From the NCBI GenBank assembly GCA_040954595.2, contig CM082577.2, positions 14,639,903 to 14,703,902 of the forward strand: a stretch of 64,000 nucleotides of DNA. Reading direction: 5' to 3'. This stretch comes from Balanoglossus misakiensis (lineage: Eukaryota; Animalia; Hemichordata). Of the stretch, positions 36,177 through 49,589 are shown piece after piece. How positions within the stretch are numbered: the stretch's first letter is position 1; every line of letters begins with the position of its first letter. The notes under the pieces were generated by a model that searched no databases, was not told the DNA's origin, and saw only the letters and a program-made list of their open reading frames with translations. Made by a program: the position numbers and the translations under genes.

Positions 36177-39100
36177 TGTACAAGTAATAACAAGACGGTT
36201 GTACGATATTGCTTCCGCACTTGGGTCAGTAACTAGACCAAGTGAGTTGGAAGCTGTGTTTGACGACATCGTTTTACAAGAAGAAGAACTGGTCCAATTA
36301 TGCATCCATACTGATGTCCCAGACAACGTGTTTGCACAACTCAGTCTTGCTATGACAACTTTGATAGATTTTCTTGATAATCAGTCACAGAACATTGGTC
36401 CAAGCGTCTGTTGGCCGTATCGTTCATACAAAGTGAGTTCCGGGGAGCGTGGTAGACCTCGCTTCGATATCCCGAAAGAACAGTTGCAGTTCTTTGTAGC
36501 AGAAAGATTTAGCGTACCAGCAGTGGCAAAAATGCTTGGCGTTTCGATACGAACCATACAAAGACGTATGTACGAGTATGGCATTTCAATTGCGGAATCA
36601 TATGCGGAGTTGTCTGATGAAGAGCTTGATGGAATGGTTACTGACATAACCAATCGTCTTCCAAACACGGGAATGAAAAGGCTACATGGACTGTTACTTG
36701 CCGAAGGTAAACGTGTGGCAATTTTTCGAGTCAGAGAAAGCCTTCGACGTGTAGATCACAGTGGAGTTGTCAGTAGGAGAAGAACTGCAATACGTAGGAG
36801 GCAGTACAATGTTCCGTGCCCTAATGCATTGTGGCACATAGATGGAAACCATAAACTGATAAGGTTAGTGTACTTATTGGTCAAGCCTGTGAAATACTCA
36901 AACCGAAGGTCTCCATGCGTATGGACAAATGTGTTCTAAAAAACGGCTGGCTGAAATATATTTATAGGATAATGTTGGTGCTCTATCCCAGCTAATTCAG
37001 CAATCACATAACAATTCACTAAACATTTTTCGGGTTAAATACTTGATGATATTAGCATAATTATGTTGAAAATATTTATATTGTATTTTAGGGCAATTTT
37101 TGCGATGTTATTAAAAAGTCCATTTCTCAGAAATTGCCTGTCCTATTTTAAAAAATGGTTTGTAGGATGCTCTGTTCTTATTGTGATGTGTAAAAGATTA
37201 TGATAAAAATATTATTCTCATTCGGTTGATTTTGGGGTCAAATTTTTGGGTCTCTTTTTCAGAAATTGCTTGTCCAGTTGCTTTGAACTTCGGTTTGCAG
37301 GTTCCGGGCAATGTTTGCCATCAGACTTATCTATCATCTGATAAAAAATGTATAAATTTAATGCTAAAGGTATCTTGTTGGGTTTGTTTTGGTAATTGAG
37401 TCCAAATAAAATTGATATATTTCACACTTGAGTGTACCAATTCTGATTAAATGGGAGGACAATGTCCTGACAGTATAAGATGAAATGTTTTTAGAAATTA
37501 AAGGGACAAAGTCTCTCTCTCGCTGCCCTTTTTTTTCCATTAATTATATTTGATACAAAACACCGTTTGTTATTCTACATGTGGATATATAGTGAATGAA
37601 CGTTCAACCACACACAACTTCCATCCTCCTTATAGACAGGAGAGTGAAAAAACTCGCCAAAATGAATAATCGTTCTTTACCATTTATTTATTTTGGGCAA
37701 GTTTTACTCTCATATCATACAAGAGGGATGGAAGTTTTGTGTGGTTGATCATTGATTCACTATATATCCACATGTACATTAACATAAACTGTGTCTGGTA
37801 TCAAACATAATTAATGGAAAGGGGGCAGCGAGAGAGAGACTTTGTCCCTTTAAGAAAGCTTGCATTTATGTCACTACACCCCGATTTAATTCACTGGCGA
37901 AGTATTTTGTGATATTGCAGCAAGTTGTATGAACTGACAATCTAAATAGGCAGGATCATATTTCACTAACAGCTCAACAATGACCAAAGTTTGTCTGACA
38001 TCCATCATAAGGGACAGACCATTTGATAGCCATGGATTATAGAAGGGGCTAAGAAGATTAAATGTTTGATTGAGTTATGTACAGTAACCATTCAATTTGA
38101 TATTGCATGTGATGCATGGATGGATGCAATATACCAAAATGGAGTTGTGGTGTCAATAATGCTATTTTTATCAGTAAAGGTTTCATTTTCAGACCTGTAT
38201 CAACATCACTTGACAAGCCATTTCTGTCAATTTGTTGTCCATAGATGGAAGTTAGTAGTACATGGTGGAGTGGATGGTTTCTCAAGAATGGTGGTCTATC
38301 TTGTATGCAGTGACAACAACAGATCTGACACAGTTCTTGAAAGTTTTGAAGATGCCACTCAAAGATTCGGAGTCCCATCTCGGGTGAGAGCTGACAAAGG
38401 TGGTGAAAATGTATCTGTTTCACTATTTATGCTCAATCATCCAGCTAGAGGACCGGGAAGGGGAAGTTTCATATCTGGCAAGAGTGTACACAACCAGAGG
38501 ATAGAACGTTTATGGCGTGATGTATTTTGTGGTATTTTATTTAAATACTACAACCTGTTTTACTACCTCGAAGATAAATTGCTGCTTGATATAGAAAGTG
38601 ACATAGATATGTTCTGTCTGCACTTTACATATTTACCAAGAATAAATCGAGATCTTCAGCACTGGCAAGAAGGTTGGAATCACCACAAACTTAGCACTGC
38701 AAATAGCAGATCGCCAAGACAGCTTTGGATTCAAGGTTCTATGGAAATGGCAGGCTCAAATTACAGACCAATGAGAGAACTATTTGAACCAAGAACTGAG
38801 GTATGTACAGGTGCAGGTTCCATGCACTTTCAAAAGTCCTCATGCTGAGCATTTGTTTCTCACAATTCACACATCAAAATATCTTCAGAGGGACATTTCC
38901 TAACTGAAAAGAATTGAAAATAAGTGCGACATACAAAATTTGTAATTGGCAGATGGTATCTCAAACCAAACTTTGCGACTGTTTCTTTTTAACTGGCTGA
39001 CCCTTGCTCTTTAAAGATAATATGTCAAAAGATGGAAAATAGGAGATATAGTGATGATGCTTAGTGTTCTTTTATGGAAATCACAGATAGTGGACGATAA

Positions 39101-39377
39101 TAAGAAACAGATTTGATTTTTGTGCTTTAAACTGAATCTTTTATATTTTTTAAAGGACGAAATCATGCATTATGGGATTGACTGGGATGGACCTCTTCCA
39201 GAAGATACAACAGATGCCAGAGTCGAGATTCCCATAGTTTGTTGTCCTTTAGAAGTTGATGAATTTGACGATCTCATCGGTTCCATTGACCCATTAAGAG
39301 ATGGTGATATGTACGGCATATCAGTGTATCAAGATGTGATTAACTTTGTCAAGAGAGTGTTGGAAAACAGCCAATAA
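36169..39377 (+). CDS. IS3EU-type DDE transposase, 3 exons (36169-36863, 38245-38800, 39156-39377), 490 aa, open
   Basis: HTH ([29 protein letters not shown]), [21 protein letters not shown]|[36 protein letters not shown] giving D..D(36)[21 protein letters not shown] introns in phases 2 and 0. Confidence 0.92.
37502..37849. mobile_element. TTAA-target palindromic MITE in transposase intron 1
   Basis: TTAA-AGGGACAAAGTCTCTCTCTCGCTGCCC ... GGGCAGCGAGAGAGAGACTTTGTCCCT-TTAA. Confidence 0.9.
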
Positions 39378-40005
39378 AGAAGACTTGTTTTGGTCTTTAT
39401 GCAGATTGTAAACCTCAAGATTTATTGTCTTCCATTTGCCATATGTTTATGGCAAAGCAGAGCTTTTGGGGTAACACGTCTGTCATATGTACATGTATGT
39501 ATGTATGCATGAATCCATGTTATGTATATTATATGTGTGTATGTCTGTCTACAAAAACAAAACAATTGATAGGGATGCATCTGGACTGTTGATTGAAATT
39601 TGTTTGAATTATGTTGTGTATATGCATATGAGCTCCCTCCCCCCTCCACGAAAAAAAAGATGTCAATTAAGAGCTAATATAGATCTGTTTATTTTGTGCT
39701 GATATTTGGAATTTTCTATTTTAATTTTCTATTGTAATTTCGAGATTTCTTAAATTTGGGGTAAAATATTATCTTCTCAGATACTATTTGTCTGAGTGAT
39801 ACTGAAAGCTTTAAAATTTTATACGGTATGCACTATTTCTTGAAAACGGGAGCACAGTGTCATTGTCACTATTTTTCATATGAAGATTGGAAAATATTGT
39901 TTATCTCAAAAACTTGCTACAGGCACTGTATTGATATCACATATTTTGTAAACCATTATTGAAAATGTCACAAAACTTGTATATGTAGAATGTTTTGATG
40001 TACCG

Positions 40006-40723
40006 TAGATTGCTTGTAACACATTCCGAACTAATTTCGGAATTCCACATTCCGAAAAAATTATCTGTTCTATTTGCATATACTTAATAGAATGAGTGTA
40101 CAATACTTAGAGGTTTACAAATGTGACATTGGATTTACATTTGTCATCCTTTATTTTGCGCCAGTCCTTCCCAAAAATGTGTGATCAGTGTAAAATTCAG
40201 CTGAACTTTCCAGGGATCACACAAATCAGTGAAAAATTCAGCTGATTTTTTCACAGATAATGTCAGTGAATGAAAAATCAGCTGAAAATTTTCCCAAACA
40301 TGTGTGATCACTGAAAAATTCAGCTGACTTTTTACTGAAAGACTTTGTCATCCTTTATTTTGCGCCAGACCTTCCCAAAAATGTGTGATCAGTGTAAAAT
40401 TCAGCTGAACTTTCCAGGGATCACACAAATCAGTGAAAAATTCAGCTGACTTTTTACTGAAAGACTTCGTTCATCAAAAAATTCAGCTGAATTTTTTACT
40501 GATTTGTGTGATCCCTGGAAAATTCAGCTGAATTTTTTACTGAACATGAAGCCTAAAGCGGCTTTTGGGGGGATGAGAATGACCTTAAAAAGCAAACAAT
40601 GATAAAAACATGTCCAATAAATAGTAACTCTTATATCTGATGAAAAATTTTTAAAATTTAAAAGGAATTCCGAAAATTGTCCGGAAATTCCGAAATTAGT
40701 TCGAAACGTGTTTTGTACAATAT
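40006..40723. repeat. MITE-like element with inverted ends and internal AAAATTCAGCTGA repeats
   Basis: CGAACTAATTTCGGAATT near 40027 mirrored near 40686-40704; internal duplication of ~40141-40250 at ~40345-40450. Confidence 0.65.
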
Positions 40724-41352
40724 ACATTGGTTAAGACTTGGCAACGGACAGAGAAATAAAAGCACCTCACTCCATTATTCAAGTTTATGTATAGGTCAAA
40801 GAGCACCATTCCTATGATTTCAATAAAATTGAAGCCCTATAAAGGTTATCAATTTTTTTAATGCTACTTTAGAGGAGTTTGTGGTGTATGGTTCCCAAAG
40901 AAGGCTTTTTCTGACTGAGCACAACAGAGACAGTTACAACAAAACCAGTCATACCTCTGTTCCCTTTGAATAAAGACAAGATGAAGTAACTAACAAAAGA
41001 ACATGTTTTGTTTATTTTTTTATTCAACAATCATTCAACAGGCAAATTCAATTTGCAATAACAGGATGAGGTACCCATTACTCCTGGGTAGGGGAAGAAG
41101 CAATGAGAAGTTAAGTGCCTTGTTCAAGGACACATCATCATGGCCATGCTTGGTCTCCCACTCACCATCTAGCCACTGAACCATGAAGCCCCTAAAAAGA
41201 GTCTAACTACTTGGTAACTAAAAACTTTATAACTAAAGCACAACACAACTATGTGTTTGAAAGCCACTGGCCAGGCCCATTGGACTTATAACCCCCTCCC
41301 CCCCAAAAAAAAAAAAAAAATCTTGGGAGAAATCAACTGCCTTGGATTGTGA

Positions 41353-41476
41353 AGAGATGGGGTGATCTTTCACGCTCCGTATATATGGTCTTTTCTTCCG
41401 GGGTCCGACCATACTGAGGAATGGACCCCGGAAGAAAAGACCATATATACGGAGCGCGAAAGATCGCCCCATCTCT
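41353..41476. repeat. Near-perfect 124-bp hairpin (mini-MITE)
   Basis: AGAGATGGGGTGATCTTTCACGCTCCGTATATATGGTCTTTTCTTCCGGGGTCC, short loop, then its reverse complement. Confidence 0.9.
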
Positions 41477-42236
41477 ACATCAAATTTTAATCAGATTGGT
41501 GTATGACATGTCATGGTACATTGTCCATAACACAACTCTAAAAATAGCAATAATGTTGCTTAGCTACTATAGACTTGGACGGTACTTAAGACAAACATAG
41601 TACAATACCAGATTGCAAGTGCAAAGTTTCTTGACAATATTCTTGCGGCAGAATACCCTTTGCATACATACATGCGCATCTGTGGACAGAGGAACACACA
41701 TGTAAATGAATAATTTCAAGGAAAGAAGCTAGTTGCTGATTTTTTGAGATATTCTAAGGATAAAGATATTCTAAGGATCTCAACCAAAGCATGGAACCAA
41801 ATATGTAATCCTTGTTCCAGACTATTTCTGGTGGTACTAACAAGTGAATTACAGTACAGATACAATGTAAAATACAAAATGTCTTTTGCTAATGCACGAA
41901 AACAGAGATATCTTGTAACAGTCTTCTAAACAAGCGGCCTGTATGAACTGTGGTTTCTGAGAAGAAGTCAATTGTTGACAGACGGACAATCCACCTATCT
42001 GATAAGCTCTGCGTTGTTGACAGCAGAGCTAAACGTGTATAGTGTATCCCAGTATATCAATAGAATACAATGTATGCTCAACTGACAATATAGAGGAACA
42101 CCTCTGCAATATAACTTTGCAATTAAGTTCAGAATATTCAACTGTGATATAACATTCCATAGATCACACCTAAATGTGAGTTCATTAATTGCTAGATCAT
42201 TTCTGTCCTTTCTATTCAACTGGCACTCTGTATCTA

Positions 42237-45200
42237 CTAGACATTACCAAAATCACGACTATTTGCTAGAGCAAAAGTTAGTCTCTCTGAGAATTCATCT
42301 ATGCAGCTGAAATATCTTGGCAATCGCAGAGTATTGGCACATGTATTGGAAGTGGGAACAGTGGAATTTGTGATAAATTCTATGGACAGCCTTTCTTTGA
42401 AACCTAAAGGGGGTATTGAATGTGCGCCTGTGAAGAATGAGAGAATGTCAGCAAGTGTTATGACATCTTCAGTAGATTCATTTTCACTCCCAGCATACAG
42501 ACTTGCTTTCTGATTCCCTGTAAGACATAAAATAAATGAAAATTGGAGAATGCACATGAGTTATATATAAAGTGGGCATTCAACCCATAAGACCCTTTTC
42601 TGCAGAAAGTTATTTAAAGGGGAAATAATTTACTGCATTTTGTATTTTTAATCTTTTTGGCACTTAATACGTGGTTACTGACCTTTAGCACATTCATCGA
42701 TGAATTCAAACCAATAGTACATAGTAGTTTCTTCTTGTGTTCTGTTATTCGACCCACTTGGACTATATTCCACATGCATAGCTTTAAAGTAATCAGCTGA
42801 TGGATACAACTTCTTACTGAAACACATGAAGTGCTCCATAGACCCTAATTTAAAGAATAAAAAAAGATTGCGTAAATATACCTCTGTGTATCTGTTCAGA
42901 TTAATTTTTAAAAACTTGGTCTTATTATAGATAGCCCCTAACAGAGAGATCCCTCCATTGGAACCACCATATTACCTAGATAGATTCAAAGTTTACATGT
43001 ATTGTTTTCATCAAACGGTTCATCTGGAAAGTGTTGCATGTGAAGTGAATCCAATGCCTCACCCAATCTCCACGCAAACACTTGGGGTGGATAATTCTAA
43101 CCTAGCTAGGGAGTCCGACCACTACCCCCCACCAATCTCTGCCACAGGCGACAATTCACACCCACTTTTTGGGTGTTGCGCGTTTTCTATAATATACATT
43201 TCCTGTTTTTTTATGTTTAATATTTTGAACCAAAAAATATAAGAACTAAAAAATGCACCAGTTTCAAAGTCGATCCTCGATTCTGTGAACACTTGCAAAA
43301 CATAGATCCTGCTCTGGGTTACATAAATGTAAATTAACAATTCAAGATGGCTTCCATATTTATTGAACCAACTGAGCACGCGCAGAACTGAAAGAAGATC
43401 CGGTCTGGAATATTTAAATTTGCCTCTGGCAGAGAATAGTGGCTATTAGTCAAACTCCCTAGCTAGGTTAGTCTCTGTGTGGAGATTGTGCCGCACCCTG
43501 AAGAGAATAACCTAGCTATATTTCAATAACTGGAACAAATTTCGCAAAATTTGCAGAAATTATAATCATACTATTTCTAAGATTTAACAATGCTGTCAGA
43601 CAGTTGGCAGTGGCATGCAAGTTAATTGCTTATTTGCATATTGACAATTTTTTGCAATTAGGCACCACATCTTGAAAATTAACTGTGCAATTTAATCAGT
43701 GACTGTATACATACCAGGTTCTGCCTTTATCAATTCCTTTACATTCAAGATGTTCATCCCATCTGAGAATTGGTTTATCCCGGATATTGCTTTATATACG
43801 CAGTGATGTGCTATTAGATTTTGAAGAATTGCATCTTTCATGTCTAATGTGATTGTATCGATGGGATCCGTACAGCCTGTTATATTGGCAACGCTTTCTT
43901 CGCCAATACGAGATACAGCAATTCTGAGGTCCTCATTTGTGTTACTGGACTGGATCTGTATAAATAGGATACAGGGTTATAATTAAAGTACTTTATTTAC
44001 ACAGAGTTTACCTTAATAAACAAAATTGTCAACCATGTTGAAGAATATCTCAATACCTATGCAGTGGAGGCAGTATCAACGTAAACAAATACCAAAAAAA
44101 ATCCTTTTCCTTTGAGAATGAATATTGCAAATGCAAAGGTATTACACATGTATGTCACTGAAAGGTGTCTCCAACAAAACTGCCTATACCATATCTCAGT
44201 AATACTTAAAATACAATTTTTGACCAAAATGACCCAAAATCCAGTCACTCTGACAACAATCACCAAGGAAAGGCATGCGCATATGTAAATTCATAGGTCT
44301 TTGCCTTCATGCTAACTCTTAACAAAATGGCAAGCAGGATTGCACAGTAATACTAATAGTTTAAGTATCATTTTTGCCCAGAAGTCAGAAAAATATTCAA
44401 ATAAATAAAAAAATACAGATGTCGACACAATATGAACAAATCTTCATAGATTTTGTCTAAGGTACATAGAAACTATATACAAAGGCAATCTGGTCAGCAT
44501 TTTCAGAGGGTTTTTTTTAGTTTTCACAATTTTTGGACAGTTGAAATACACACACACACACACACACATACATACATACATACATACATGCAGACAGGCA
44601 TTTATTCAAGCCTATTGCCATATATGCATATGGCATATGCGAGCCAAAAATCTCACCTGCTTCGCTATCAGCTGTATCTCATAACCAGGAATTTCATCAA
44701 CGTCTTTCATTTCTGCAACACAGCCTTTTGCCATGTATTGGAATGTTCCTTGGCTCAGGCAGTGTAGTCCTGGACCGCCATGGCAAAGAGATATAGCAAC
44801 CATCTTGCCTGCGGTGAAATACCTTCTTTCAGCCAGATAGTGCAAATCATGGGAAAAGCTTAGGTTGTTTTCCTTGCCTTCAAGAACACCAGATGTTTTT
44901 ACAGCATTAATCAATAAACTGCAAAATTCCCTTCTTGGTCCCCCATCATCAACCGCACTTTCACCAATAAATGACACTTTCATCGGCTTGTTTGGGTGGA
45001 AATCAGATCGATTTATGGCCCTTACAGCTGTTTGCCAAAAATTCGACCTTAAAATGTTAATGCGTTGATAATCATCATCATCATAATCACTACCAATTCC
45101 TTTGTTGTAATCCAAATGCATTTGTTCCACCTGGTGATTTAGTACTTGGACAGCATACTCCAGACTACATCTATATGACAATCAAAAAGACAACAAGATT

Positions 45201-48200
45201 ATAGTGATTCAATCTGCAATGGTTTATCCAATTTTTTATAATTTAGAGTGCAATGAGTTGCAATTTTTTCCATTTTCTGTTTTTCAATTGTTGAGATTTG
45301 TAAAGACTGACCCTCTGGTGTCATTGTAATATTCAGTCATGGTGCTTTGTCCTTTGAACGAACAAAAATAAAAACAAACAATCACACAAACTGGCTGACT
45401 GTTTCCTAAATTTGATCTCATTGCACACAAAAATCATATACAAAATAGTGCAATACCTTTGTACCATATTTGAAACAATCAGCATAGGAGCATGTCTGGA
45501 TATTTGCTCTGCACATACAAAAACACGAGCAAAATGCCTGAGTGGAAGCAATATTGGATCATATCTCAAAAAAAATTGAATTGCTCTGGACATTACAAAA
45601 TTAAACTGGTGACTAGTCAACCATCTTGGATCAGATTGCAAGTAAAATGCCACACATATGAATGACATGTTACACTGTCCATGAGCCAAATTCTGTACAG
45701 CCACGTCTAAGAAAACGTTCTGCAGTCAAAGCATGTACGCACACAAAACCTAATCTGTATGTCACAGTTTCATCTGATGGAGACTAAAAAGTATGAAAAA
45801 CTTTGCAACAAATTCAGCTTATGTCCTTTTTATTTGCAAGTATTAGATTAATATTTTATTCAAAATGACCAAAAGAGTAGATTGTAACACTATGGTGAGA
45901 CTGCAATGTCACTGTTTCCATGGAAACAATGTTTGGTACCACCTCTTTCCTTTGGTCTTTGTCGTGTCTTTTATGGTACCTTTTGCTCAGCAGAATATCA
46001 AGAATTTGAAGTGCTTATAGAATTTTCACCGCTGTGATAGGAGGTCTGGGTTGTTGTTTTATGTGTTTAACAAGATTTTGACAGACCTTGTGTACTTTCT
46101 CGACCTGCCAGCAAATAAGCTGAACATGACAATTAAAACAAAACAAAAACTTTGAATCTGGTAAGTTCACATAGTTTTGAATGTGGTAAAATGGCTAAAT
46201 CTCACAACTACTTAAAAGCCAACAATATTAATCAGTATTTGAATGAAGTAAAGTAAATGGACTTATTATGTGAAAAAAAAAGAATGACAAAGCATCACAG
46301 AGGAAGCGAGTACACACGTGCAAATGTCATACCTTGGGTACAGTGGAGCATTGTTAGCTTCTATGGTTTCTTCTTCATTTTCTTCTTGACTATCAACACT
46401 ACCAGTACTATCCAATATCTGTGAATAACTCCTATCATATTGGAAGTAACGTAAAAGTTACATTATCAAAGGTAGGACAATGGAATGTCACTCACTTACC
46501 ATTATGGTAACTATATTTGCATAATTTACATACACTTACATAAATGGCAGGTGTGTCTTTGGTTAAAATAACTTATCTAATGATCCAGGATACAATAAAT
46601 CCCAGTCTCTGTATAGAGTATTTCTATTGGAGCTGCGCTATAAGTTATCGCTCTCATACTGTATGGATCAGTTACCCTCGATAGAGAACCACCCAATATA
46701 CCTTGCCTGCAAGAAGTCGAACATATAATGTTGACACCAATTAGTCCATGGGCCAGACAGGAATTTGGTATCAGAAAGATGGACAAAGCCTCACATGGTT
46801 TTTTGGAAAGGCCTATATCTCTAGATTATAAATTGGGGTGATAGCCCTGCCTATCGAGTAGCTTTCTGCATTTTTTCCCTCAAAAACTAATGTAAGAACC
46901 TAAAAATTTCCGACCCAAATTTTGGGGGTAGGGGAACTTTAAATTGCTGTAACTCCAGCAAAACTAAAGCCAGAACAGTCATTTACCACTCAAATTGTGT
47001 GTTTTTTAGAACTCTACCAATATAATATATTTTGGTGGGAATTCGTTTTGAATTGAGGTCAATAGAGGTCAAAAGGTCATGAAATTTGGGTCATTCTGAA
47101 AATTTGTAGTATGACTATTTCTTGAACGATTTTTTTTAACTTAAGTCTTCAAATGTCATTTACAAGATAAAATACTCTCCCAGAATCTATTTCAAACCAA
47201 TAGAAAACCTTATTATTCATTTATGACCAGAAAAACACAAATAAAGAGAAACGACAGAAAGACATCCAATTTTCCACTCAGATTTAAGGGTAGGGGAAAC
47301 TTAAGTTCTTGTAACTCCGGCAAAAATAAACCCAGAACAGTCATCTACCACTCAAATTGTGTGTTGTTTAGAACTCTACCAATATAATATATTTTGGTGG
47401 TAATTCGTTTTGAATTGAGGTCAATAGAGGTCAAAAGGTCATGAAATTTGGGTCATTCTGAACGTTTGTAGTATGACTATTTCTTGAACGATTTTTTTGA
47501 ACTTATAAGTCTTTAAATGTCATTTAGAAGATAAAATACTCTCCCAGAATCTATTTCAAACCAATAAAAAACCCTATTATTCAATTACGATCAGAAAAAC
47601 ACAAATACAGAGATACGGAAGAATGGCACAAGACTTCAGACCCTGTTATTGGGGTAGTAGTTGTAACTCCGGCAAAAATAAAGCCAGAACAGTCATCTAC
47701 CTCTCAAATTGTGTGTTTTTTTAGCACTCTAGCGATTGTATATGTATTTGTTGCAATTTTGTTTTGAATTTAGGTCAAAGAGGTCAAAAGATCACAAGAT
47801 TTGGGTAATTTCGAAAAATTATGGTACGAACATTTCCCGCATTAATTTTTTAAACCCAAGTCTTCAAATGTCATTTATGAGATAAAATACTCTACACGAT
47901 TTTTTTTCAGACCAATTGAAGACCTTATTATTCAATTACAATCAGAAAAACAATTAGTAGAGAAACGGGATAATAACAAACAATTTCCCACGGATTTTGG
48001 GGAAGGTTTGGCCATCTAACAGGTAAGTATACACCCATTGCAACTGATCATGCACATATGGTGTTTAGGAGAACGGATGTGCAAATTTGTGAACCTTTGC
48101 ATGCTGCTCATGTGCACTGTACTTGTATGATGATTCCTAACAATACTACGAGAAGGGGCCATTATAGCATTGTAGCTCTGATTGTGTATTATTGTTGGAT

Positions 48201-49549
48201 ACCATCCTACAGTGTACAGGCACAGCAGATGACAAGCCAAGCAAAGGTTCAAAAATCTGCTTATTTTTTTTCCTCAATACAATATGAGCATGATCTATTT
48301 ATATTCAGGTCCAGTATAATAAATAAAAAAATGGCCTCGTCACTCTACAAGATCACGCCTCCTGGATAACTTTGCTGAATACAGCTAACATACAAAAATA
48401 CAAACCAATTCAGGACCTCGCCATTGGTTTGGGCGAAGGTGAAATTCCTCAGGTGCAGTACCATCGGAAATGCCGAAGTCTCTTTACGATGAAAAAGGCT
48501 CTTGAATCTATCCTTTCTAAAGAGCAGTCGTCATCAACTGAGGGAACCAATACACTGGAACGTAAAAAAGAGGTCGAGCATACAAGGGTCTCGGTGTGAT
48601 CACATTTGCCTATTTTGCTCCCCCACCAAGTACATGAAGGGAAGTAGGACAAGAGCTCCTTTAGTTCGTTGTCAGCAATTGCGTGCGGACAACACATTAA
48701 GGGAGGCAGCAACAAGAAAAATGACAGTAAAATTCGTGCACTTCTCAGTCGTGAGTTGGTTGCTGCTGAGGGTCACTATCATAGAAAGTGTTATAGGGAC
48801 TATACAAGGCCTGATATTCAAGCAGGTTCAAGTCATATGGAGGTTGATGAAAGTCAACATGATCAAGATACTAGTTATGAGGATGTCCTGCAAATTGCTG
48901 AAGAAGAGTTATTTTCTTTTATCAGAAATGATTTGTTCACAAACCCTGAGGTAGTTCCCCTGACTGATGTATCAAACAAGTTAGTTACCAAAATGCTCCA
49001 ACTTGGAGTTAAACAGGTTAACAATTCCACCAACAAAACTTGCAGCATAAGCTAAATACGGAATTCAAAGGGACATTGATTTTTTTTGAATGATGTAAAT
49101 GGTAGGGAGCATGTATATCCGTCATCACTAGATAAAGGTACTGTTGACCTGAAGTACAATGCTGTAAGAAAAGAACTTCTTGCAGCAGAAAAACAATCAC
49201 ATGAAAGTATCATCACCACATCTGCTCTAATCCTGCTTACGCTGCTTGAATATCAGGCCTTGTATAGTCCCTATAACACTTTCTAAGATAGTGACCCTCA
49301 GCAGCAACCAACTCACGACTGAGAAGTGCACGAATTTTACTGTCATTTTTCTTGTTGCTGCCTCCCTAAATGTGTTGTCCGCACGCAATTGCTGACAACG
49401 AACTAAAGGAGCTCTTGTCCTACTTCCCTTCATGTACTTGGTGGTGGAGCAAAATAGGCAAATATGATCGTACACCCGAGACCCTTGTATGCTCGACGTC
49501 TTTTCGCGTTCCAGTGTACTGGTTCCTTCAGTTGATGACGACTGCTCTT

Positions 49550-49589
<40 letters not shown>

